Positions 1 through 9,363 of a stretch of DNA of 24,908 nt are shown one piece after another (positions within the stretch are counted from its first letter, which is position 1; the number at the start of each line of letters is the position of its first letter). Both the position numbers and the translations under genes were made by a program. The notes beneath the pieces are model-generated. The model worked only from the letters and a program-made list of their open reading frames with translations, ran no database searches and was not told the DNA's origin. The DNA comes from Gammaproteobacteria bacterium (GTDB taxonomy: Bacteria > Pseudomonadota > Gammaproteobacteria > HTCC5015): positions 1-24,908 of the forward strand of contig DASVCP010000330.1 in NCBI GenBank assembly GCA_036381555.1. Reading direction: 5' to 3'.

Positions 1-1
1 A

Positions 2-1009
2 TCCCGCGTTGTACTGTTTGTGCTGGGTGTGATGCTTCTCAATCCGTTGCACGCGGAAACAGTATTGAAGATTGCCACGCTGGCGCCGGATTCAACATCC
101 TGGATGAAGATCATGCGTGAGGGCGCCGACGAGATCGAGCAGCAAACGCAAGGACGGGTAAAGATCAAGTTTTATCCGGGCGGCGTTATGGGTAACGACA
201 AGGTGGTGCTGCGCAAGATTCGTGTCGGTCAGTTGCACGGGGGGGCATTGATGAGCGGTTCGTTGGCCGCAATTTATCCCGACGCACAATTGTACAGTTT
301 GCCGTTTTTGTTCAAGAACATCGAGGAAATAAATTATGTGCGCAAGCATATGGATGCTGTCATTCGCGACGGGCTGGAACAAAACGGGCTGGTCGGGCTG
401 GGGCTCATTAACGGAGGTTTCGCTTATATCGCCAGTACCGGTCCCGCCGCCAATTTGCAGGATATAAGGCGACAAAAAGTCTGGTTGCCTCAGGGAGACA
501 AGGTAGGTGCGACCATGTTTAAAGCCGCCGATATTTCGCCGGTACCGTTGCCGATATCGGACGTATACACTGCCCTGCAAACCGGGTTGCTGGATACGGT
601 GGTTTCCAATCCGTCGAGTATTATCGCATTTCAATGGCACACAAAAGTGCAATACATGACTGACGCGCCTATCGTTTTCCTCATAGGCATGTTGGTTGTG
701 GATAAAAAAATATTTGACAAGCTAAGCGTCGACGACCGGCAGACTGTGCGCAGCGTGATGGGAGAAAAGAGTTTGAAGCTCGACAGTTTAAGCCAGCGGG
801 ATAATGAGGCGGCCCTCCAAGTATTGCGCGACAACGGCATAAAATTCCTGGCGTCAACGGAAGAGGAGCAGACAAGCTGGAGCAATATCGCCGCCAGCAC
901 CTGGAGCCAACTACAGGAGAAAGGCGCCTACACGAGCCGTAATTTCGGCTTGCTGCGCAAGTATCTGGATGCTTACAGGAACGGCAAGGTGGCGCTGCAT
1001 GACAAATAG
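2..1009 (+). CDS. dctP: TRAP transporter periplasmic substrate-binding protein (DctP family), probably 5'-truncated by the window edge
   Basis: The frame is open from base 2 and reads as a signal peptide (SRVVLFVLGVMLLNPLHA/ET). It has DctP motifs LKIATLAP, KFYPGGVMG, VYTALQTGLLD and precedes dctQ/dctM. Confidence 0.9.
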   Translation, partial: SRVVLFVLGVMLLNPLHAETVLKIATLAPDSTSWMKIMREGADEIEQQTQGRVKIKFYPGGVMGNDKVVLRKIRVGQLHGGALMSGSLAAIYPDAQLYSLPFLFKNIEEINYVRKHMDAVIRDGLEQNGLVGLGLINGGFAYIASTGPAANLQDIRRQKVWLPQGDKVGATMFKAADISPVPLPISDVYTALQTGLLDTVVSNPSSIIAFQWHTKVQYMTDAPIVFLIGMLVVDKKIFDKLSVDDRQTVRSVMGEKSLKLDSLSQRDNEAALQVLRDNGIKFLASTEEEQTSWSNIAASTWSQLQEKGAYTSRNFGLLRKYLDAYRNGKVALHDK

Positions 1010-1508
1010 CGGGAGCCTGCCGGCCAGGCTCATCAGGCTGCTGCATGCTGTGGAAGACGGCATATTGATACTGCTGCTCACCGCCATGCTGCTGCTGGGG
1101 GTTACGCAGATTCTGTTACGCAATGTATTCGACTCGGGTCTGCTGTGGGCCGGCCCGCTGCTTCGCGTCATGCTGTTATGGGTGGGTTTGCTGGGCGCGA
1201 TGGTGGCCAGCCGCTACGACAAGCATATCGGCATCGACGTTCTGTCGAGGCTGGCCGGAGAGAAGTGGCGGCCATGGCTGCGAATCGCCACCGATTTGTT
1301 TGCCGGCTTGGTTTGCGTGATCGTCGCTTTTTATGCGGGCCGCTTTGTGCTCGATGAATTCACTTACGCGACGCCCGGGTTCGCGGGCATTCCGGCGTGG
1401 ATGCTGGAAATCGTCATTCCCCTGGCGTTCGGGGTAATTGCATTGCGTTATTTGATATCGAGTGGCATGCAGTTGCAGCGTGGGTTGAAAGGCTCCATCC
1501 GAGTATGA
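999..1508 (+). CDS. dctQ: TRAP transporter small permease
   Basis: About 170 aa with 4 hydrophobic segments and the motif HIGIDVL. It overlaps the dctP stop. ATG at 999 is preferred over the ORF-track start at 969. Confidence 0.9.
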   Translation: MTNSGSLPARLIRLLHAVEDGILILLLTAMLLLGVTQILLRNVFDSGLLWAGPLLRVMLLWVGLLGAMVASRYDKHIGIDVLSRLAGEKWRPWLRIATDLFAGLVCVIVAFYAGRFVLDEFTYATPGFAGIPAWMLEIVIPLAFGVIALRYLISSGMQLQRGLKGSIRV

Positions 1509-2785
1509 GCGCTCTGGCCGGTCTCGGATTGTTGCTGCTTGCATTGTTGGGCGCGCCGCTGTTTGCGGTGATCGTCGCCGGCGCCATGCTCGGCTTCCTT
1601 CGGCAGGATATCGATTTGTCCGTGATCGGGATTGAAATTTACCGGCTGGCCGAGATGCCGGTGCTGCTGGCGATCCCGATGTTCACGCTGGCCGGCTACA
1701 TACTGGGCGAAAGCCAAGCACCCCGCCGGCTGGTTCGTATCAGCAATCTGCTGCTGGGATGGCTGCCGGGCGGCCTGGCGATCGTGGCACTGGCCGCCTG
1801 CGCGTTGTTTACCGCGTTCACCGGCGCGTCCGGGGTTACCATCGTCGCTTTGGGAGCGTTGCTTTACCCCGCTTTGAAGCAAGCGGGTTATCCTGAGAAA
1901 TTCAACCTGGGATTGATTACCACGGCGGGCAGCCTGGGGTTGCTGTTCGCGCCTTCGTTGCCGTTGATTTTATACGCGGTGGTGGCTCAGCAGATGACGC
2001 TGGAACGTCCCGTCAATATCGATGACCTGTTTATTGCCGGCATTCTGCCGGGCATACTGATGGTGGTGTTGCTGTCGGTTTGGAGCGGCTGGAAGCACCG
2101 GCATTCCTGGAAACGGCAGGCGAATTTTCAGTCGTGGCGGGAAGCCAAGGCGGCCGTCATGGACGCCGCCTGGGAGATTCCGTTGCCGTTTCTGGTACTG
2201 GGCGGTATTTACGGCGGCTATATTGCCGTCTCGGAAGCGGCGGCGCTGACCGCGTTTTATGTGCTGGTTGTCGAGGTGTTCATTCGCCGCGAAATTCCCC
2301 TGGGCCGGCTGCCCGGTCTGATGCGCGAGGCCATGATCATGGTCGGCGGCATCATCATTATCCTCGGCGTGTCCTTGGCCTCGACCAATTATATGATCGA
2401 CGCCGAAATACCGACGCGCGTGTTTGAAACGATTCGCGAGCATATCGACAGCCGGCTTGCGTTCCTGATACTGCTGAACATTTTTCTGCTCGGCCTGGGC
2501 ATGATGCTCGATATCTTCTCGGCCATTGTCATCATGATTCCCCTGATTCTTCCGATCGCCATGGGCTATGGTATAGATCCGTTACACCTGGGCATCATTT
2601 TCCTGGCCAACATGCAACTGGGCTATTTCACCCCGCCGGTCGGCATGAATTTGTTCATCGCCAGCTACCGCTTCGAAAAACCCGTCTGGGACATCTACAA
2701 ATCCACCCTGCCGTTCTTCTTCATCCTCCTGGCCGCGGTACTGATCATCACCTACTGGCCTGCTTTGAGCTTGGCTTTGCTTTAA
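1505..2785 (+). CDS. dctM: TRAP transporter large permease
   Basis: 426 aa polytopic membrane protein with DctM motifs LLAIPMFTLAG, FTGASG, GSLGLLFAPS and TPPVGMNLF. It has an ATGA overlap with dctQ. Confidence 0.93.
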   Translation: MSALAGLGLLLLALLGAPLFAVIVAGAMLGFLRQDIDLSVIGIEIYRLAEMPVLLAIPMFTLAGYILGESQAPRRLVRISNLLLGWLPGGLAIVALAACALFTAFTGASGVTIVALGALLYPALKQAGYPEKFNLGLITTAGSLGLLFAPSLPLILYAVVAQQMTLERPVNIDDLFIAGILPGILMVVLLSVWSGWKHRHSWKRQANFQSWREAKAAVMDAAWEIPLPFLVLGGIYGGYIAVSEAAALTAFYVLVVEVFIRREIPLGRLPGLMREAMIMVGGIIIILGVSLASTNYMIDAEIPTRVFETIREHIDSRLAFLILLNIFLLGLGMMLDIFSAIVIMIPLILPIAMGYGIDPLHLGIIFLANMQLGYFTPPVGMNLFIASYRFEKPVWDIYKSTLPFFFILLAAVLIITYWPALSLALL

Positions 2786-2792
2786 AAGCATC

Positions 2793-2940
2793 TAACCACA
2801 GAGCACACAGAGAGCACTGAGAATAATTAAAAAAGGATTTAAGAACAAATTATATACTCGAATAAGCTTCGAGGATTTTTAATAATGTCTCTTACATACA
2901 GTCTTTTTTGGCTCTGTGTTCTCTATGCGCTCCGTGGTTA
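2793..2940. repeat. Palindromic intergenic cassette, CACGGAG-arm family, copy A (148 bp)
   Basis: Left arm 2793-2821 TAACCACAGAGCACACAGAGAGCACTGAG and right arm 2912-2940 are inverted repeats (24/29). The 90-nt interior is about 24% GC with a central CTCGAA/TTCGAG hairpin. Confidence 0.9.
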
Positions 2941-4068
2941 ATTTGAGATTGTAAGATTTGACTGTTGTTTGTGCAGGAACCAGCGGTTGATGATGAAGTG
3001 CCGGGCGAACCAGCGGCTGCGCATCAGCCTTGCGGCGACGCGTTGTTTGAGAGCGGGGGGCAGCAGGCCTCTTTTCGATTTCCTTGTCTCGGATCGCGGA
3101 CCGTAGCGTTCGATTATCTTCGCTTCGTACGTTTTCAGCGCCTTCAAACTGTAATCGCCCTGTAGCTGCAGAATGGTCTCGGCGGCCAGAATACCGGATT
3201 CGACCGCCGGTCGAATGCCTTCGCCGCTTTGTGGATAGGCCAGCCCCGCGGCATCGCCGATGAACATGACGCGTTCGCCGATCATGCGTCTGGGCGTATG
3301 ACCGTACAGCAGGTAGGCGTGGCCTTTGAACTTCTCGTCGATGTCGGGCGGAACTTTCCCGCGGCTCTTCAGAAACTCAAAGAAAGCATCGAGATGCGCG
3401 GGCAGATGGTGTTTGTCTTCTCTGCCCAGGCCAATGTTCAGGTATTCACCCTTGCGGAAGATCCAGCCGTAGCCCGTCAGATCCTTGCAGAAAAAGAGTT
3501 CCGGAATCTGTGAGTTCACGTTGCACTGCTGCATCTGCCGCGCACTCATTTGAAATTCGATTTCCCGGGCTGCTACTACCGATTCACCGTCCGTCCGTTT
3601 ACTGTCCAACGCTCGAACAACGGGACAGAAATGTCCGCCGGCGCCTATCAGTAACGTTGCATGATATTGACCGTTGATTACCCAGCCATTGCTGCCGCGT
3701 TCGAGGGTGTCCAGGGCTTCGTTCATGTGTAACCGCGCACCGCAACGGCGTAGGAGATAGTTGTCGAACTCGCAACGCCGGATACCGTAGCTGACGATTT
3801 CCGTGTAATCGGTGTCAACTGAAGGCTGCTCCATCATCGAGGTGCGAAAGCCGGTGATGGGTTGCAGCACGTGCCGTTCGGCATAGTTTTCCAGATCGAT
3901 TTGCAGCATGTGCATCACCGCCGGCGTAACCCAGCCGGCGCAGACCTTGTCGCGCGGGAAGTGCGCCTTATCCAGGATGGCAACGTCCAGGCCGCTGTTC
4001 CGCAACCGCCAGGCACACGAAGACCCCGCCGGACCGCCGCCTACAATCAACACGTCATAATGCTGCAT
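2938..4068 (-). CDS. FAD-dependent oxidoreductase, geranylgeranyl reductase family
   Basis: N-terminal Rossmann motif DVLIVGGGPAGS, GGR-family signature FPRDKVCAG, GYGWIF and GDAAG...GEGI motifs. Confidence 0.88.
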   Translation of the reverse strand: MQHYDVLIVGGGPAGSSCAWRLRNSGLDVAILDKAHFPRDKVCAGWVTPAVMHMLQIDLENYAERHVLQPITGFRTSMMEQPSVDTDYTEIVSYGIRRCEFDNYLLRRCGARLHMNEALDTLERGSNGWVINGQYHATLLIGAGGHFCPVVRALDSKRTDGESVVAAREIEFQMSARQMQQCNVNSQIPELFFCKDLTGYGWIFRKGEYLNIGLGREDKHHLPAHLDAFFEFLKSRGKVPPDIDEKFKGHAYLLYGHTPRRMIGERVMFIGDAAGLAYPQSGEGIRPAVESGILAAETILQLQGDYSLKALKTYEAKIIERYGPRSETRKSKRGLLPPALKQRVAARLMRSRWFARHFIINRWFLHKQQSNLTISN

Positions 4069-4089
4069 GGCTGACCTTTTATAAATATT

Positions 4090-4240
4090 TAACCACGGAG
4101 GACACGGAGCGCACAGAGTTTAAAACCGTTGAAAAAATTAATGTCAAAGAGACCTTAAAAAATACGGGAACATGTTGGAAGCATATAGCCCTTCACTTGG
4201 GTTCTTAACTTCTCTGTGATCTCCGTGTTCTCCGTGGTTA
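4090..4240. repeat. Palindromic intergenic cassette, CACGGAG-arm family, copy B (151 bp)
   Basis: Left arm 4090-4118 TAACCACGGAGGACACGGAGCGCACAGAG and right arm 4212-4240 are inverted repeats (26/29), around a 93-nt AT-rich interior. Confidence 0.92.
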
Positions 4241-4251
4241 GATTTGTTTTT

Positions 4252-5556
4252 TCATAAATACAAATGCTCGCGGTTCCAGGGGATATCGTTGTTGCGTTTG
4301 CGGGTGAAGACAACCTGGAACAGTTGCAACTCGCCGATGTGGAACGCGAGGATCGAGCCGGCCAGGTACAGCCGCCAGGCACGCAGGAAGTGCTCGTCGA
4401 ACATGTTTTCCACCTGCTCATGCGCCGTCTCGTAGCGGGACAGCCAGGCACTGAGGGTTTTTTCGTAATGCAGCCGCAGGTTTTCGAGGTCGAGTATTGA
4501 AAATTCGGCCTCTTCAAAGATTTGCATCATCTCGCTGATTGCGGGAGGACGCGCGCCGGGAAAAATGCGGCGTTCAATCCAGGAATTCATGGGTCTGGGC
4601 CGGTTGCGACCGATGGTGTGAATCAGGCCCCGGCCGTTGGGTTTAAGACAGCGGTCTATTAGTCCGCCGAGTTCCGGGTAATTCTCAACGCCGACATGTT
4701 CAAGCATGCCGACCGAGACGAATACATCGTATTGGCCGCTAATCGTGCGATAGTCATCTTCTATGTACTGTACCCGTTCCTGCAAGCCTTCCCGCAGAGC
4801 ACATTCACGGGCGAACTTAACCTGTTCACTTGAAATATTGTAAGCCTTGACAGTGACGCCGTAGTTTTTGGCCATGTAACGGGACAGGCCGCCCCAGCCG
4901 CAGCCGGCTTCCACGACAGTCTGACCGGGCCTGAGTTGTAGCTTGCGGCATATATGTTCCATCTTTGCCAGTTGAGCGTCTTCCAGGTTCATGCCCTCCC
5001 GCGGGAAGTAAGCGCAGGTATACTGCATTTCCTTGTCCAGCCAGAGCCGGTAGAAATCGTTGCCAATGTCGTAATGGTGGTGAATATTTTCCCGGGAGCC
5101 TTTGAGGGTGTTGCGCCTGGCGCGAGGCTTGGACAGTCGGAAACCGTTCCTGCCAGTTTCCCGCCAGGCGCTTCCAGCGCCGTTCTTTTCGTAAATTGCC
5201 AGCAAGAGCGTGAGCAGATCACCTTCAACCACATCGAGCAGCTTGTCGGTATAGCAATCGCCAAAATAACGTTCCGGGTTGCGAAGTACTTTGATCAGCG
5301 CCTGCCGGTTGTTGAAGCGAAGGCAGGCGCGTGGTTTTTGCACACAGGTGTGGATTTTTTCGCCGTTCCACAATTCGCAGGCAATTGGGGGATCGCCGAT
5401 GGCTTTGAGCATGCGTGTAAGCAGCCAGCGATCGATAGCCCCGGCTTTGATAGGGCGTGCTATAGGAGGTATTCTCTTCCCGGCGGACAAGCCTCTTCTT
5501 AAGCGGGCTTCCGAAGAGCTGCTGTACGACAGGCTGTCGGCCCGTGGTTCATGCAT
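4252..5556 (-). CDS. cfa: Cyclopropane-fatty-acyl-phospholipid synthase family SAM-dependent lipid methyltransferase
   Basis: Motifs HHYDIGNDFY, MQYTCAYF, EAGCGWGG, VSVGMLEHVG, IHTIG, IFPG and RAWRLYL. Start 5556 has a GGAG ribosome-binding site; the alternative is 5577. The symbol denotes family only. Confidence 0.88.
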   Translation of the reverse strand: MHEPRADSLSYSSSSEARLRRGLSAGKRIPPIARPIKAGAIDRWLLTRMLKAIGDPPIACELWNGEKIHTCVQKPRACLRFNNRQALIKVLRNPERYFGDCYTDKLLDVVEGDLLTLLLAIYEKNGAGSAWRETGRNGFRLSKPRARRNTLKGSRENIHHHYDIGNDFYRLWLDKEMQYTCAYFPREGMNLEDAQLAKMEHICRKLQLRPGQTVVEAGCGWGGLSRYMAKNYGVTVKAYNISSEQVKFARECALREGLQERVQYIEDDYRTISGQYDVFVSVGMLEHVGVENYPELGGLIDRCLKPNGRGLIHTIGRNRPRPMNSWIERRIFPGARPPAISEMMQIFEEAEFSILDLENLRLHYEKTLSAWLSRYETAHEQVENMFDEHFLRAWRLYLAGSILAFHIGELQLFQVVFTRKRNNDIPWNREHLYL

Positions 5557-5826
5557 GATTAAATTGTCTCCGTCCATGTATTTGCAGTTAGTGCTAATAG
5601 GGGCAGCGACTGGTTTTTCAAGTCAAAACTCGTTACCTTACTTGAACCCAGATTGTCTAGGTTATTGATATTTTAGTGCGAGGGCAAGCGGGTTTTGGCG
5701 TTAGAAATGCTGCGTGGTTTGGATAAACCGGGCCGCTAGACAATAGGACGCTCCTTCACGGGGGCGATCGACATGTAGACAACATTAACTACTGTTTGAG
5801 TTGTAACTTCTTAAAATATTTTCAGC

Positions 5827-6831
5827 ATGAAAAGTGTCGCCGACAAAATGCAAATTGTAGAGGTTGCAGGGGAGGGCGATATCGCCAGGTTAGTGCCCGC
5901 TACTCGTGCGCTACCGGTGCCGGAAACGGGCGAAGTACTTATCAAAGTGGAAGTCGCCGGCGTTAATCGCCCCGATGTTTTTCAGCGTCGCGGGCTTTAT
6001 CCGCCGCCTCGGGGTGCTACGGATATACCCGGACTGGAGGTGGCGGGACGTATCGTTGCGCTGGGTGACTCGGTATCACGATGGAAAGGTGGCGAGCGGG
6101 TTTGCGCGTTGTTGGCCGGCGGAGGGTACGCTGAATATGTTTCCGTACCTGCTGCCTTATGTTTGCCGGTACCGTCAACCTTGACAATGAAGGAAGCCGC
6201 GGCGATTCCGGAAACGTTCTGCACCGTCTGGTCCAATGTGTTCATGCGGGCGAAACTGAGAACCGGCGAGAACTTTCTGGTTCACGGCGGATCCGGCGGC
6301 ATTGGCACAACCGCCATACAACTGACGGCGGCTTTCGGCGCCAGGGTGTTTACATCCGCCGGCAGCGATGAGAAATGCCGCGCTTGTGAGCGGCTGGGGG
6401 CCGAGAAAGCCGTTAATTATCGCGATGAGGATTTTGTGGCCGTTTTTAAAGACGCGACTGATGGCTACGGTATGGACGTGATTCTCGATATGGTGGGGGG
6501 CTCTTATATCGGCCGTAACATCGAGTTGGCGGCTGTTGAGGGTCGTATTATGTTCATTGCGTTTTTGGAAGGCGCCAGGGCGGAAATCAATTTCAGCAGG
6601 CTGATGTTCAAGCGGCTGATGCTGGGCGGGTCGACTTTGAGGTCACGATCACTGGAGTTCAAAAGCAGGCTGATGCAGGATTTGTATCGCCATATCTGGC
6701 CCTTGTTCGAATCCGGCCAAGTAAAGCCGCAGGTGTCCGCTGAGTATCCGTTGCACGAAGCGCAACGGGCTCATGAATTGATGGAGGCGGGCGGACATTT
6801 CGGCAAAATCGTGTTGACCGTCGACGGATAA
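5827..6831 (+). CDS. NAD(P)H:quinone oxidoreductase, PIG3-like medium-chain reductase
   Basis: Motifs AGVNRPD...R.G.YPPP.GA..IPGLE, GGGYAEY, A.IPE.F.TVWSN, LVHGGSGGIGT and HFGKIVL. Confidence 0.92.
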   Translation: MKSVADKMQIVEVAGEGDIARLVPATRALPVPETGEVLIKVEVAGVNRPDVFQRRGLYPPPRGATDIPGLEVAGRIVALGDSVSRWKGGERVCALLAGGGYAEYVSVPAALCLPVPSTLTMKEAAAIPETFCTVWSNVFMRAKLRTGENFLVHGGSGGIGTTAIQLTAAFGARVFTSAGSDEKCRACERLGAEKAVNYRDEDFVAVFKDATDGYGMDVILDMVGGSYIGRNIELAAVEGRIMFIAFLEGARAEINFSRLMFKRLMLGGSTLRSRSLEFKSRLMQDLYRHIWPLFESGQVKPQVSAEYPLHEAQRAHELMEAGGHFGKIVLTVDG

Positions 6832-6877
6832 GGTATGCTTGAGAAGCGGAACCGGAATGGAAAACAGAGGGATTCGA

Positions 6878-8155
6878 ATGAACTTGAGTTTTAAAACAGC
6901 CGGATCACCGGATGCCGGAGGATTGAAGTCGCGCTACTTGCAGGTGCGGGCGGCCACCGAAGCTTTATGCGCCGGATTGCATCCGGAAGACACGGTCGCC
7001 CAGTCCATGGATGACGCCAGTCCGGTAAAATGGCACCTTGCGCACACCGGCTGGTTTTTTGAAGCGCTGGTGCTGGAGAAAGCGTTTGGCGGTTACCGGC
7101 ATTTTCGCGATGAGTACCGGGTGTTGTTCAATTCGTATTACAACAGCGTCGGCGAGCAGTATACGCGCCGCAACCGGGGATTGCTTACACGCCCGACCTT
7201 GCGGGAAGTTTATGAATATCGCCAGCATGTTGATCGGTGTATCTGCGATTTGTTGGACGGTTCGTCGGCGGACGGACTGGAAAGCGTCATCGAAGTGGGA
7301 TTGCACCACGAGCAGCAACACCAGGAACTGATCCTGACGGATATCAAGCATCTCTTTTCTTATAATCCCGCCTGTCCCGTGTTCCGGGAACAGGATCGGC
7401 AACCGCCGCAGTGTGAGTCGACTGAACCGCGCTGGCTGCCGTTTCCCGAGGGGTTGTATACGATCGGTCATGCCGGCGGGGATTTCGCTTTCGACAACGA
7501 AACGCCGGCGCACCGCGCCTGGCTGGCGTCATTCGAGTTGGCGTCCCGGCCGGTTACCAACAGGGAATACCTGGCGTTCATGACCGACGGCGGTTATCGG
7601 CGGCCGGAGTTGTGGCTGTCCGACGGTTGGGCCGTACTCCGGCAACAAAACTGGAACGCCCCGCTATACTGGCGGCAATGCAACGACACATGGGTTACGC
7701 TGACACTATCGGGGTTGCAGCCGGTGCGCGAGGATGAGCCAGTTGTGCATGTCAGTTACTACGAGGCGGATGCTTATGCCCGCTGGGCCGGCGCCCGCCT
7801 GCCGACGGAACAGGAATGGGAAGTCGCGGCGAAGAGCGCGCCGATCGAGGGTAACTTCGTCGAAAGCGGTTGGTTACACCCTGTGCCCGTAGCGCGGGAC
7901 GGCGACAACGTGCAACAGATATTCGGCGATGTTTGGGAATGGACGCAAAGCCCGTATGGTTCCTATCCCGGTTACCGCCCCTTGAACGGCGAACTGGCCG
8001 AATACAACGGCAAATTCATGTGCAACCAGATGGTATTGCGTGGCGGTTCGTGTGCGACACCGCTATCACATATTCGTCCCACCTATCGTAATTTTTTCCC
8101 GCCTCAGGCCCGCTGGCAGTTCAGTGGACTTCGATTGGCGCGTGATGCGCGATAA
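6878..8155 (+). CDS. egtB: Ergothioneine biosynthesis sulfoxide synthase EgtB (DinB-like plus FGE-sulfatase domains)
   Basis: Motifs SPVKWHLAHT.WFFE, iron ligands HHEQQHQE, FAFDNE.P.H, RLPTEQEWE, EYNGKFM and YRNFF. ATG at 6878 has a GAGGGA ribosome-binding site. Confidence 0.9.
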   Translation: MNLSFKTAGSPDAGGLKSRYLQVRAATEALCAGLHPEDTVAQSMDDASPVKWHLAHTGWFFEALVLEKAFGGYRHFRDEYRVLFNSYYNSVGEQYTRRNRGLLTRPTLREVYEYRQHVDRCICDLLDGSSADGLESVIEVGLHHEQQHQELILTDIKHLFSYNPACPVFREQDRQPPQCESTEPRWLPFPEGLYTIGHAGGDFAFDNETPAHRAWLASFELASRPVTNREYLAFMTDGGYRRPELWLSDGWAVLRQQNWNAPLYWRQCNDTWVTLTLSGLQPVREDEPVVHVSYYEADAYARWAGARLPTEQEWEVAAKSAPIEGNFVESGWLHPVPVARDGDNVQQIFGDVWEWTQSPYGSYPGYRPLNGELAEYNGKFMCNQMVLRGGSCATPLSHIRPTYRNFFPPQARWQFSGLRLARDAR

Positions 8156-8162
8156 CCCGGGC

Positions 8163-9152
8163 ATGGTGTTCGACCCTTCGCCATACTACTCCGGATTGGA
8201 ATTGATTGAAGGTAACGAAGCCTTCAATCGGTGGCGGAGTGGGTTGCCGGATCTGATCGCGCGGGAACTTGCGCCCGACAGGCATGGAAACTTTCCGGAA
8301 TGGCAGGACGTCTTGCGGGATTTGCCGCTATTGCCAACCACATGTATCGATTGTAACGCGGCGGCTGTGAAGGCCGGGGCGGCGTACCCTCCGGATCCGG
8401 CGGAAAATGCGAAGCTGGAACAGCGGTTGCGCCGGTTTATGCCATGGCGAAAAGGGCCGTTCGACATGCACGGGGTTTTTATCGACAGCGAATGGCGCTC
8501 CGATTGGAAGTGGGACCGCCTCAAGGACCATATTCAGCCGCTGCGGGACCGCCTGGTGCTGGATGTGGGCTGCGGCAACGGTTACCACTGCTGGCGGATG
8601 GCTGGCGCCGGGGCCCGGGCTGTGCTGGGCATCGATCCGACGGCGCTATATGTTATGCAATATCTGGCGGTCCAGCACTTTATACGTTCTTCCGGGGTGT
8701 TTGTTTTGCCGCTTGCCCTGGAAAGCCTGCCGCCCAACCTGCGCGCCTTTGATACGGTATTTTCCATGGGTGTCCTGTACCACCGCCGTTCACCTCTCGA
8801 CCATCTGCTGGATTTGCGCGGCTGCCTGGCGCCGGGCGGGGAGCTGGTGTTGGAGACTCTGGTCGTCGACGGGGGAGCAGGCGTCACCCTGATGCCCCGG
8901 AGCCGCTACGCCCGCATGCGGAATGTCTGGTTCATTCCATCATGTCCCACTCTGGAAATCTGGTTGCAACGTTGTGGTTTCACCGACATCCGTCTGGTCG
9001 ACGTGGCCGCCACCTCAATCATGGAACAGCGGGTCACTTCCTGGTCGGGCACCGCCTCGTTGCGGGACTTTCTCGACCCCCTTGATTCCAGCCGTACTGT
9101 GGAGGGTTATCCTGCCCCCAGACGGGCCATTTTCCTGGCGATCAGTTCTTAA
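8163..9152 (+). CDS. cmoB: tRNA 5-methoxyuridine(34)/uridine-5-oxyacetic acid(34) synthase CmoB
   Basis: Motifs PWRKGPF, IDSEWRSDWKWDR, VLDVGCGNGYH, FDTVFSMGVLYHRRSP, RYARMRNVWF and EGYPAP. The start is 8163 or 8145. Confidence 0.93.
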   Translation: MVFDPSPYYSGLELIEGNEAFNRWRSGLPDLIARELAPDRHGNFPEWQDVLRDLPLLPTTCIDCNAAAVKAGAAYPPDPAENAKLEQRLRRFMPWRKGPFDMHGVFIDSEWRSDWKWDRLKDHIQPLRDRLVLDVGCGNGYHCWRMAGAGARAVLGIDPTALYVMQYLAVQHFIRSSGVFVLPLALESLPPNLRAFDTVFSMGVLYHRRSPLDHLLDLRGCLAPGGELVLETLVVDGGAGVTLMPRSRYARMRNVWFIPSCPTLEIWLQRCGFTDIRLVDVAATSIMEQRVTSWSGTASLRDFLDPLDSSRTVEGYPAPRRAIFLAISS

Positions 9153-9363
9153 GCACGAACGGCTGATATTCAACCGGTTGATATTCCTAACAGTTTGTTT
9201 TTTCAAGATTTTTTTGGAAATTTCGAACTTCGGTCGCCGGGTCTTCTCATACCAATGGCTGATACCTATCTCGGGATAGTGCGGGTAGTATTCTTTCTCG
9301 GCCTCCTGTTAATGCAAATGGGGGCGGGTTCTGGGGGTAGCTAGGATGAGATATGGTGAGCTT

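Noticed and set aside
5652-5782. Three TAGACAA/TTGTCTA motifs in the cfa/oxidoreductase divergent region
   Set aside because: Short matches with irregular spacing are plausible by chance in a 250-nt region, and no regulator is nearby to support them.
6878-9152. egtB as ovoA or senA
   Set aside because: There is no fused C-terminal methyltransferase, and the downstream gene has clear CmoB motifs. No senB or selD-like neighbours are present.
9015-9308. Minus-strand open frame (QEAEKEYYPHYPEIGISHWYEK...) as a gene remnant
   Set aside because: It has no start codon or ribosome-binding site at the 5' end, overlaps cmoB antisense, and shows no recognisable homology.
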